A DNA stretch of 37,391 nt, from the NCBI GenBank assembly GCA_905178155.1, contig CAJINV010000046.1, positions 1-37,391 on the forward strand. The letters are read 5' to 3'. A program made the translations under genes and the position numbers. Position 1 is the first letter of the stretch. The number at the start of each line of letters is the position of its first letter. This stretch comes from Amoebophrya sp. A120. Lineage: Eukaryota > Protista > Dinoflagellata. Shown piece after piece: positions 10,730 through 21,700 of the stretch. The notes beneath the pieces are model-generated. The model had not been told where the DNA came from. It saw only the letters and a list, made by a program, of their open reading frames with translations, and did no database searches.

Positions 10730-13557
10730 ATGTCGGGCATGGCAAGCTACTTGCCTCGTGCGACTGGTGGCTTCGTGACTCGTGCTGTAGCTACTTCGTT
10801 CGTGATCGTGTCTCTGTTGCGTCCATTTCACGAGCTGTGCACATCACAGGAGCAACTTCCCACCCTGGAAGTTGTCGGCAAAAAAAGTGGTGCGAAAAAA
10901 AAGAGTGCGAAGCAAGCCAAAAGTGAAAAAAAGGCGAAAAAGAAACAGAACAAGCAAAAGGATAGCGGTGGCAAAAAGGCAGCAAGTGCCACCAGTGACG
11001 CAGAAAAATCGAAGAAAGCCACAAACTCAAACGATCGCCCGAGCAGCACGAAGAAGATCCCGGAGGCAATAGAGGAGGAGAATGAGGACGATGAGGAGGA
11101 TACTAAATCCTCGGGCGGTAAAAAGAAATTCCACGAACTAGACGGGGCGCCAATGGCGGACTTTCCCGCGACGACCAACACAGTGCCGGTGGTATCAGGC
11201 GAAATCGACTGGGCAGAATTTTACGAGAAGTACGCCCGACACCACCAGCCGGTGCTGTTCCGGAACGCGAACTTCCGCAACCCCTTCTTGGAGAAGTGGA
11301 CCGACCAGTACTTTGCAAAGGACAAAAAGATCGGCAAAATTGTTGTGAATGCGGAACGATCCAAATCGGAGGTCCGGGGCGGGCCCCGAGCACAGATGCT
11401 GTTCAAGGACTTCATCAAACGCAAGGACGTGGAGGATCTGTATGCCATCATCGGCACCGAGGCGGTCCCGGAGTTCGGCCAAAGTCCTGCGGGGCTGATG
11501 AAAGCGTTCGCGGTGAAGGGCCCGAAGGGGAAAAAGGCGAAGGACGGCGCGCCGCCCGAATTTGTGCTGCACAACCGCAAGATGCTCGACCTCAAATCTT
11601 CCCAAAGAACCAGAGCCGCCAAATCTAGTTCATCGAAAAAGAAGTTATCTGCGGAGGAGAGGTTGCAGAGCGATGTGGAAATCCCCAGAATGCTGGCTTG
11701 CGAGGAAAACCTGTATCAGTCGATGACCATCTGGTTCTCCAGCGGAGGCACCAGCTCCGTGCTGCACCAAGATGACGCCGACAACTTTCTCATGCTCCAG
11801 GAGGGCAGCAAGCTCGTCACGCTGATCGACCCCAAGTTTGCCCGCGAAATTGCGATCAAGGGGGGCTACTCCAGGATCAACCAAGATCGGGTGAACCTGA
11901 AAAAGCACCCCAAATTTTTTCACGTGCCGAAGCAACGGCTGACGATGTACAAGGGCGACATTCTCTTCATTCCCAACGGCTGGTTTCACCAGGTCAATTC
12001 TGGGGGGACCCGCAATCTGGCGGTCAACGTTTGGTAAGTTGTACTCTTCTATCTTCACATGAGAAACTACAAACACAAAGAAACCTTCTGTAAACCGTAC
12101 TTAAATGGCCAAGTCCTCACGCAGGACAAAATTGCTGATCATGCATCATGACCTTTCTCGATGCCGCACGTGTGTGTGTCTGTGCGTGTGCCAGTCGTGT
12201 TGAAAACCTCTATAAGGCACTTGTAATTGTATCGACAAGGTGGAGTCGGCAGGATGATTTTCATTGGGCGGAGAACCTGGACACCATCCCGGACCTCTCC
12301 AAAACGCGGCCGAAGGCTAGCCTGCCGACGAACGAGACGGTTTGCACGCCGCTGCCACCGAGGGAGGACGGTAGTCGCATTATGCATTGCAAAAATGTCT
12401 GGGTCTGGAAGATTCCGAGACTTGTCATGCAGTTTTTCCAAGCTCCGCCAAGTCTGGAATGCAGGGCCTGGCATCACAGGTTCTGGAGCCCCTTGGTGAT
12501 GCCTATTCTGCATGAGAAATGCCCTCTCAGAATGGCCAGAAATGGGGACCTTTTGAAAGTCACGCAACACAGATTTTTGTATGATCCGCAACACGCATCA
12601 CAAGTTCGCATCCTTCCAGACCCAGACATTTTTGCAATCCATACGCATGGTGTTTCACGATGTGACCTTTTTCGACGAGGGGGTCTTGGGGAGCTATCAA
12701 ATGTAAAAATGTCTGGGTCTGGAAGATTGGAACTTGTGATGCTAACCTTGGACTCTAGAAAAATCTGTATTGCATGACCAGCAAGACGAGGAGTCTACTT
12801 TGTGCTACGCGGGGAGGGCATTTGTCATGCGGAGTAGCCATCAGGAAGCCAGCGCAAAATCTGTGATGCGCGGTCGTGCATTACAGACATCCTGGGTCAT
12901 GCAAAACATGCATGACATTTCTCAGAATCTTCCAGACCCAGACACTTTTACATTTGATAGTAGCGTGCGCGAACTGATGAAGAGGCGGTACCAGATATGC
13001 ACTGCACAAGTATCGTAGTAGTATAAATCGCATGACAGATTTCCTCATCATGAGAAGTGGAATTTCTAATGCGCATTTAGCTTGAGAAGGAAATTTGTAA
13101 TGCATCAATGCGATATAGTACGAATGCGGTACTTTTGCACAGGATACCAGAAACGGTACAACTACAACATGCGCGAAATTTATGAGGAAACTGTGGTAGC
13201 CTGTGCAACTACTGTATCGTATTTGTAGTAATCGCAATCATGCATTACAATTCTCTATTCCAAGGTGAAACAGCATGACAAATTCTATTTCTCATGCGGG
13301 CCGAATTTGTAATGCGATTTCTACTAGTGCGATGCTTTTGCAATGCATACGTGGCGCGACGAACGGATCTGGATCGGGACTCAGAAGAGGAGGAGGACTT
13401 GCGACGTGCGAACGAGCAGTATAAGAAGGCCCAAAACGGCGACGGCACCGACTCTGAAGCGGAAAGCGACGACGAGGAGGAGCAGCAGAAGCAAGATGAA
13501 GAAAGTTACGAAGAAAAAAGTGGAGAAGCGAGCGTAGACTCGGACGAGGAGCTTTAA
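10730..13557 (+). CDS. JmjC / cupin-8 family 2-oxoglutarate oxygenase, multi-exon (approx. exons 10730-12033, 12240-12380, 12649-12694, 12965-12995, 13152-13196, 13355-13557)
   Basis: QPVLFRNA, SVLHQDDADN (HxD), GDILFIPNGWFHQV. GT-AG intron 12034-12239 gives AVNVWWSRQ. Removing four TIR elements plus one TSD each gives a continuous frame to an acidic tail. Confidence 0.85.
12381..12643. mobile_element. TIR intron element (introner), family A, 263 bp
   Basis: tatgcattgcaaaaatgtctgggtctggaag ... cttccagacccagacatttttgcaatccata; TSD cgcat/cgcat. Confidence 0.93.
12695..12959. mobile_element. Introner, family A, 265 bp, opposite orientation to 12381
   Basis: tatcaaatgtaaaaatgtctgggtctggaag ... 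cttccagacccagacacttttacatttgata; TSD ggagc/gtagc. Confidence 0.92.
12996..13146. mobile_element. Introner, family B, 151 bp
   Basis: tatgcactgcacaagtatcg ... cggtacttttgcacaggata; TSD ccaga/ccaga. Confidence 0.9.
13197..13349. mobile_element. Introner, family B, 153 bp, opposite orientation
   Basis: tagcctgtgcaac... to ...gatgcttttgcaatgcata; TSD tgtgg/cgtgg; a 45-nt in-frame mini-exon precedes it. Confidence 0.85.
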
Positions 13558-14606
13558 TAGGAACAACCGAAAGGTGTTTCTGTTTCTTCAACAAAATCAG
13601 GAGCCGAACAGTCGCAGTAGACGGAGATATTGTTATTGGAAAAGCTGCAACGCAAATGCGGAAAAACGAAGGGTGGACAAAAGTAGAATTCCCACATTTA
13701 TTCTAAACTCGAGCTGCAACCCGCAGTACTTCGGTACAAGGGCAGCTCCTGTAGCAGAACCCCTGCCTTCCTAGAAATTGAGACTCCTGAAACAATAACG
13801 ACGGTGCCTCCTCGATGTCAACATAAAAGATTACTTACAAGAATGTGGAAGGAATGCCGGAAAAACGGCCACCTTGCGATAGACACTTGAGGTTGCACTC
13901 CTGTAACCCATTGAGTTGTTCCGATAGGAAACTACAAGAGCTAGGATGTATGTATCTGATGTGCCATCGACGCGACGGCGATATAGATGAAACTAAAAGC
14001 ATCCTCATTATCGGTGATGATACCACAGGTGGTTCCCTTGCCTTCGGTCACATCGTTGCCTGCATGCCTACTCAATAAAGACAGATCTACGTACTTTAAT
14101 ACCAGCGATGTAGTCAACCTGTTGAAGCAAATTTATGACCCTGCTTTTGTAAAAAAAAAAATTTCTGTTTTGTCCACGAAATGAGGAAATGGAAATAACG
14201 AGCGCTCACATCGGTTGCCAGAGGCAAGTACTATAGTGCTTGTCGGTTTTGAAAATCGAAAGTTCACACTGCCATTTTAATGCCCCCTTCTCTGCAGTTT
14301 GCTCTTGATGTGAAACATGCATCATTTTCGGCTGCTAACATTCAAAGTTTACTCTACCTAGTGGAGCTCTTCCTAGCAGCGAACACCTTTTGTCATTATC
14401 CTTCGCTATTTAATTTCGCCTCAACCGCTATTTCATCTTCAATAAAAGTTTTCCTTGTATAATCTGTGCGATCCACCTATCTTCTTTTCCCGAAGACCTA
14501 AAGAACCTCCTGGAAATAGTAAATAAATCCATTTCTTTTTCTTTTTGCATCGCGCTTGCCGCCGAATTGATTTCAACTGCTAAACTATCTAAAAAAGAAC
14601 ATCAGC

Positions 14607-17249
14607 ATGTCGAGCGCACCCGCAGGCCAGCCGACCAAGCCTGGCTCTCCGCCGCGAACGCACCAGCACCTGTCGGTAGACCACAACGTCCCGGCCCGCC
14701 ACAGCAATGTATCGGCAGGCGGATCCGCGGCTGAGAGTGTAGGATTGTCGTTTCAGCGTCACGGGCGCCACGGCGGGTGTCCGGTCTCCATCACGGGGCC
14801 GACCCGCTTGGAGCGCGATCTGATCGGCGAGCGCGAAGTGCCCGTCGGCGCCTACTACGGCGTGCAAACCCTGCGTGCGGTGGATAACTACCAGATCACC
14901 GGTATGCTGCTGCGGCAGTTCCCCTCGTTTATCACTGCATTTGCGCAGGTGAAAAAGTCCTGTGCGCTGGCCAACCATCGCCTCGGTGGGCTTGACAAAA
15001 AAATCATGGTCGCGATCGTGCAGGCCTGCGACGAGCTCATCGAGGACCCGGACCACTATCCTAGAGAAAAGCATACCTACTCCTACACCAGAAAAAATTG
15101 AATTTGTGTTTCGCTGTTCTCCCGTCCCGATAGCCTTTTCTTGCAATGCTGAGCCACTAGCGAGGCAATTTATTTCTGTGGTCATACTGTTGTAATTAAA
15201 ATAAAAGATGGAGAGTGTAAAGATGCGGACCTGTAGCTGGAGTCATCAAGTAGTCCAGGACTTGAAATAAAATTCGTCACGTTCTTGAAAAGCCGGCAAA
15301 AAGAGACCATTCTTTGTGACCACACTTGAGACAGCTGCAAATCGCAAATAAGTATTTTTGAATATTGCTGGGTGTTGTGCTTTTCTGCAGGATAAGCGGT
15401 ACGAGGAGAAGGAGCCCGAGAAGGCGGACATCATGCGGAACCTGCGGTACAGTTTCGTGGTAGACATGGTGCTATGCATTGCAAAAGTATCGTACTAGTA
15501 GAAATAGCATCACAAATTTTTCCAGAAGGAAAAATGGAATTTGTAATGCTGAATAAGCTAAGGAACGAACCAGACTTGTCATGCATGACTGCAATGACTA
15601 GGAGTACGATACTTTTGCACAGGATAGGTGCAAGGCGGCGCCGGGACGTCCACCAACATGAACGCCAACGAGGTGATTGCGAACCGGGCCCTGGAAATCA
15701 TGGGCAAGAAGAAGGGCGACTACCAGTTCTGCCACCCGAATGACCACGTGAACAAGGCCCAGTCGACCAACGACACGTACCCAACCAGCGCCAAGATTGC
15801 CATCCACCACATGCACAAGCATTTAGTGAAGTCCATGGAGCAGCTGCGGCAGTCCTTTTTGAACAAGGCCGAAGAATTTTGCAGCGTCGTGAAGATGGGC
15901 CGCACCCAGCTGCAGGACGCCGTGCCGATGACGCTGGGCCAGGAGTTTAACGGCTACGCCACGACGATTGGGTACGACTTGGAAGAGGTCACCAAGGGCG
16001 TGGACCGGTTCTGCTTCTGCAACCTGGGCGGCACGGCGATCGGCACGAAGATTGCCGCGGACCCGCGATTCAGCGAGACCGCCGTCGAGGAGCTGAAGCG
16101 GGTGACCGGGCTCCCCATCCAGCTCGCCCCGGACCTGATCGAGGCCAGCAGCTCCGTGGGCGCCATGCTGTTCTTCAGCGGGATCCTCCGCCGCGTGGCG
16201 GTCAAGATCTCCAAGATCTGCAACGACCTGCGGCTGCTCGCGTCCGGGCCCCGGTGCGGCTTCAACGAAATCCACCTCCCGGACATGGCGCCCGGGAGCA
16301 GCATCATGCCGGGCAAGGTGAACCCGGTGATCCCGGAGGTGATGAGCATGTGCTCGTTCCAGGTGATTGGCATGGACAACACGGTGGTGATGGCGTCCGA
16401 GGCCGGGCAGCTCGAGCTGAACGTGTTCGAACCCGTGATCATACACTCCATCTTCATGATGATGCAGGTGCTCAGCAAGGGCATGGACACGCTGCGCCTC
16501 CGGTGTGTGGACGGCATCGGCGCCAACGAGGACCGCTGCCGGGAGCTGGTGCACAACTCCATCGGGATCGTCACGTCCCTGCTGCCCACCATCGGCTACA
16601 AGAACGCCTCCCTGGTGGCGAAGACGGCGCTGAAGGAAAACCGGGCTGTCGGCGAAGTCGTGGTGGAGAAGGGATTTCTGAACAAGTCCCAGGTGGACGA
16701 AATTTTACAGCCGGAGAAGATGTGCGGCATATCCTCACCGCACATGCGGCGGCAGCACGCCACCGAGTCGCTGCACTCCCCCGATGTCCGCCGCAGGAGC
16801 CACCACTCGCCCAGCATGCCTCTATCGAACGCAAACAATATTACCTCCGTCATTCTCGAAAGCGAATCAACTTTAATATCATGCGGACGTTATTTCATTC
16901 TTGATGTTTTTTTCGCTGAAAATTCAAAAATGCAACATGAACATGATCAAACCATAATCCCGTGCTTGAACGTCCAATTATGACAACTGCATGAGCGCTT
17001 CCGCTTTCTTATTGTCATGATCAAGTGTTTCTTTTCAACGAGAATCCTAACAACCCGGAGTGACGGAGTGATATTTGCATCGCATAGCCACCGAAAACGA
17101 GCAACAGCGGGGACGCCGGGGCGACTTTTCCTGTCATGCCTGCGCTACAACTGGCAGGATCCGCCTCGTCTCCAAGAGAAGCTGCCTCGCAAAATGTCAC
17201 ACCTGCTTCTTCGCTGCAGCCGCCAGACGCAAAACGGCGCAAGATGTAG
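14607..17249 (+). CDS. aspA: Aspartate ammonia-lyase (aspartase), fumarase/aspartase superfamily (approx. exons 14607-15056, 15400-15472, 15632-16822, 17092-17249)
   Basis: RLERDLIGEREVP..YYGVQTLRA, spliced VDMVQGGAGTSTNMNANE, QSTND, KMGRTQLQDA, GSSIMPGKVNP, GQLELNVFEP. GGAGTS and TQLQDA fit aspartase better than fumarase C. Confidence 0.92.
15057..15394. mobile_element. Old, degenerate introner, 338 bp
   Basis: tatcctagagaaaagca ... tgcttttctgcaggata imperfect IR; flanks accac/agcgg match poorly, but removing element+5 nt restores the frame. Confidence 0.65.
15473..15626. mobile_element. Introner, family B, 154 bp
   Basis: tatgcattgcaaaagtatcgtact ... agtacgatacttttgcacaggata; TSD ggtgc/ggtgc; removal rebuilds DMVQGGAGTS. 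Confidence 0.95.
16823..17086. mobile_element. Introner, 264 bp, distinct TIR
   Basis: tatcgaacgcaaacaatattacctccgtca ... tgacggagtgatatttgcatcgcata; TSD gcctc/gccac. Confidence 0.8.
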
Positions 17250-18708
17250 AAGCACCAGTTGATGAAAAAGTTAAAGTAGACTTAGGTGATCCACACCGAT
17301 AGCACTAACAGCCCCCAGCAGTTTGCGTACTTACTCCATGTCATTCACATACTTTTTTAAACGCATTTGTTGTGGTCTATACGTTTGCATTTGAGGTGCC
17401 TGCCTTCGTTTATTGAAACTCGTTTCGCGCTACTTTCTACTGCCACCTGTTTGCATATCAACTAGTGGACAGAGCTTTTTTCGTTTTTCAGAACAGGAAA
17501 AGGGATAGCCTCGTACCTACGTGGTCCAGAGTGTGCCATATCGAGGTTGCCTTGATTCCTTTTGTGTTAATTTCCAGCGCTGTTAGGACAATTCATCTTG
17601 ACGTGTATTTCACATCAAGAGACGCGTCCATTTTTAGCATTCGCAGATTCTGTTTTCTGCGCAGTGACAAACCACACCAAAAAGAGTCTATGGTTAAGTG
17701 GACTATCTGCTGCGATGCAGATGAAGATTAGATCTGTTCGCATAAGTAGAAGAAGTATCCGATCCTGTCATGATGTGTCTGTGGAACCTAGGTAGATATA
17801 CATCAGCCACTCAGCTCGATGCATCTCAGATGTTTGCAAGATTTTTTGCTTTTTCGGTTCTCGTGGATGATATTTTTCCACGCTCCCCTCGGTAGCGATG
17901 CTTACTTTGTCAAAGAACGAAAGTGCAACCAAGTCTCCAAAATGATAAATCGAGTTTTCGGTTCGTTCCTGCTGCGGCTGCCACCTACTGCAACAAGAAC
18001 TGGTGTGCTGGCATTACTTAACTTTCGACGTCGAACTACAAACGCTATACACTGTCGTACAACTCATCGGCGATCGTACTGCTTCTCAATAAAGAAGCCT
18101 TCGGTGCATCAAATGTGTGCCGTCGGTCGTCCATCTTCGCACACAAGTTCCCGTTATATCGCCTAGTGTGCCTGCGCGCCAGGACATCGTACAAACCAGC
18201 ACGTCCGTTCAGCCAGCGTGCAGCTGACATCTCATCTCGTCGTTCGTTCTACTTTCGAACACATTGCGAAGACTTTCCAAGAACCATCAAACTCTTTCTA
18301 CTCATGGTTGCGTGCGTCGTCCTTTTTACAGGCCTACCTCCTGAATGTGAATTTACAAATGACCCCATACGATATCATATTCCCCATCTGCCTCTCGCTC
18401 TACCACAACATGTGACTACTTTATTACCTAGTCTACGTTCCGTATCGGTATCCGTGAGCAACTTTTATTTAGTAGGTAGTTTAGCCCATTCATGTTGTTG
18501 TGGTTCACGGCGACTTCAAGTCCTCCTCCTCCTCCTCCTCAAGTACATTAGCATAATTTTGCCCATGTGGGTTGGTTATCTGCCGTTCTTGATGCCACAA
18601 CCACAAAATGGCGTCGACGCTCGGACCGCAGTGAGGTAGTCGAAGTACGAGAAGTGTTGTACTTCAACAACCAAACTGAAGCAAGAAGGAAAGTGATACT
18701 GTCCGAAA

Positions 18709-21700
18709 ATGACGCAGAGCGCAGGCGATTCCACGTCCAAGAAAGCTCCCGAGGCTTACCAGACAAGAACGGGCGATAGCAGCTCGAAGCAATTCTTGGA
18801 AGGCGATGGTAGCGGCAGCTCCAAGCAAAGAAATGCTGCACCGGACAACAAAAAGGCCAACATGCCGCCACTTGCGTCGTTTGAAAGTGGGAGGATACCT
18901 GCTCCAAATATGGCGGCGTGAGCTCATTTTTTTCGAAGAAATTTTTTTTTTTGCTATGCGACTTTGGTAGCCATCCACGTTGGCATGACATGTGTCCCAC
19001 GACTGGAGTTAGTTGACATGCCCAGTCCGGAACCTTCGGCCGGAGCCCGGTATAGCGGCCCGCCTTTGATGCGACAAAGCGGCGACAAATGTGGAGCGGC
19101 CCCGCTTTCACTGTGGTGCCGAGGGTCTTACGCCCGGGGGGTGTTGAAGTATTGCCCGGAGCAGATAAAAGCATTCGCGCGCGCGGACGTTGCGCGGAAG
19201 GCGGTCTGCCATGCGTGGCCTTTGCAAATAATCCGTCACACAGAAACACACAAACCACGGGCGACCCCTAAAAGGCGCGCGCGCCTTGTGCGGGTGCGGG
19301 TGCATGGGGCTAGGGCCCCTCGGAAAACAGCAAAGAACCGGGGCGCCGGTGGCCCGCGATCGAGCCACGCCAGCTCGCATATGTCCCGGCAATCAAAAAA
19401 GCCGCGCGCCTAATCTGCGCGGCGCGTTTTATTACTCTGCAAAAGCCCAAAGCCCGCCCCCAGGGCCGGGCCGGGATTGGCACGCGGGGCGGTGGTGCAG
19501 CTCTGATTTTTCTCTTTCGGGTTGTGCAAGTGTTGCGCCGCGCGATTTGTGCCCTTTTGGGCCGTCGCGCTTCGCAGCTCCGATCCCGATTTCGAGGCCC
19601 CTGGGAAGAAAACCTACGGCGCCACTCCATGCGCCGCGCATTTCGAAACAGCCGCAGGCGCCCTTTTACGGCAATGCGGGGGCTAGGTGCCCTCTCCCCC
19701 AAGTCCGAGCGGGGGGCATGCGGGGCAGGGCTGTAGTTGCCGCCCATTCTGCGACCGCGTCAGGTGGAGGACGGCGGGGCCAGTTCGTGGGCTAAAAACT
19801 GGCTAAATTTTTCGGGATTTCCCCGAGGCCCCAAGGCCCGGGCACCTCTCTGGCTTGGCCCGTGTGCCGCCGCCCAGGTTCGTGTCTTATCGCTCCCCCC
19901 TGTCTGGTTCGTCTCCGCCTTGTCGGTCCCATGGGGTTTGTTCGTGTCTGTGGGCCACTGGTACAATGCGGCCGCGGTGCCTGCTCCTACCTTGTGTTTT
20001 GTGTTTGGCCGCGCGCCAAGTTTTAAAATTTAAAAATTGGCCCGGTTTTCCATAGAAATGTGGAGACGGCCAATTTCGACATGTCTTCCGACGCTGGTTT
20101 TCCGGATATTTTGCACCACGCAAAATATCCGGCAGCGTGGTCATGTGTGTTGCAGGGGAAGGCATTATCTCAGGCACAACAGGCTCGAGATGGTGTCTGT
20201 CACTATCTCGGCCAAGCCCTGGGGGTTGCCTCTCCTTATAATTGTTCTGCATCGCGCTCCGCGCTGTGTTGTGTTTGTCTTTCTGATGACGTCGACCTTC
20301 GTCGCAGGATTCTTGTTCTAAATGTGGCTTTGGAAATATAGAAGTCCAGAGGACTTCCATGTTTCCAAAGCCGCGGGATTCACACTTTTTCATCTTCGAA
20401 GTCGGCGGCTAAATCTGCAAGTTTGTGACTTCCTTCCCGAAATCACTGTACTCGCGAATTTAGCCGTTCGAGGCGAAGATGAAAGGAGTGTGAATCCCGC
20501 AAAGTTTAGAACAAGAATTAGAAGGGCAATTTAGAGCATGATTTAGCCATGCGATTTAGAACAAAAAATAGAATAGGGCTTAGAATAGGATTTAGCCGGC
20601 CGATTTAGCACACAATTTAGCGGGCCAAATTAGAAAGGATTTTCCGCGCTTTTTGCTAAACTGCCAATTTAGCAAAAAGCGCGGAAGGCTAAATCGTTTG
20701 GGGCGGTGGAAATGTGGTGGGGAAATATAATAACCATTCGCGCATGGGATGGCGGCCCACTGATTTCCGGGGGCCAAACACATTTCCGCCGGCGCCGGCT
20801 TCCGTTTGGGTCTGTCCTTCTTGGGTTCAAGGGCTTCCGCCTTCGGGCATTTCGTTTCCATGTCTATCCCCCATGCGCCATGGGGTGTCGTCTCGTTCTG
20901 TGCGCGCTCCGTCCGGGCCGCCGCAAAAAAGCCGTCGCAAACTCCGCTGGGGTTTTGTTTTCTTTTGCCCACGCCGCGCGGGCTTACTCTTTTCCTTCGG
21001 CGGCAACGCCACCGCGGTCGCCTTTGTTTGCCCGGACTTTTTAAAAATCCCGAAAAAATTAGCCAAAATTTAGCGGGCGAAGTCGCCCCACGCCCTCCAT
21101 CTGAACCGCGAGGTGGCGCGTTCTGCGTATTCTGCCAGCGGCCACGGCATTTGGCTACCCCATGCGCGTCGCGTCTTTGCTTTGCCTACAATGCCCCCCG
21201 GCGGTGGGGCGGGCTGCGTCGCTTTCTTCGCCCGCATGTTGAGCAAAGCCCCTCGGTTTGGGGGGGCAAGGCCGGCCGCCTGTTTTCCACATGCCGAAAG
21301 GGCCGGCGAGGAACCGTGGCAGCCTTCGGAAGGTGCTCGCGGCTGGTTGGAGGCGGTGTTCCATGGCAAAAATAGAGCGCCCAGAAAAGAGCGGCAAGGC
21401 CGCTGGAAGAGCAGCCTGCCGAGGGCGTGCGGGCGGCTTGCGCGCGCGTGCCCTCTATGGCAGTTGCGGCCGGTTCGGCGATGCCTAAGTGCGGAAAGGC
21501 GGCGGGCGGCAGATTTTGCTGGGGCTCTCGCGACCCTTTCTGTGGCTTTTTGTTATGGGCCGGGGCCGCTAGCCCCGCCGTAGGGATGGCGCCTCGCGTA
21601 GCCTATTGCCGCCAAGCTTGCCGCCGTTTTTCTGTTTTGGCGCCTTCGGCGTCGCGCAGAAGACGGGAATCAGGAGCCTGTGGTGGCGCACAGAGGTCGC

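Noticed and set aside
13574-14580. Short ORFs between the JmjC and aspartase genes, and in 17300-18700
   Set aside because: No motifs or coding-like codon pattern; treated as intergenic.
16823-16983. ORF-track C-terminus of aspartase (similarly lipase 32301-32362 and channel 24472-24483)
   Set aside because: Read-through into introner sequence.
14607-17249. Bacterial contig or contamination suggested by aspA
   Set aside because: The gene carries the same introners as its eukaryotic neighbours, which also have GT-AG introns.
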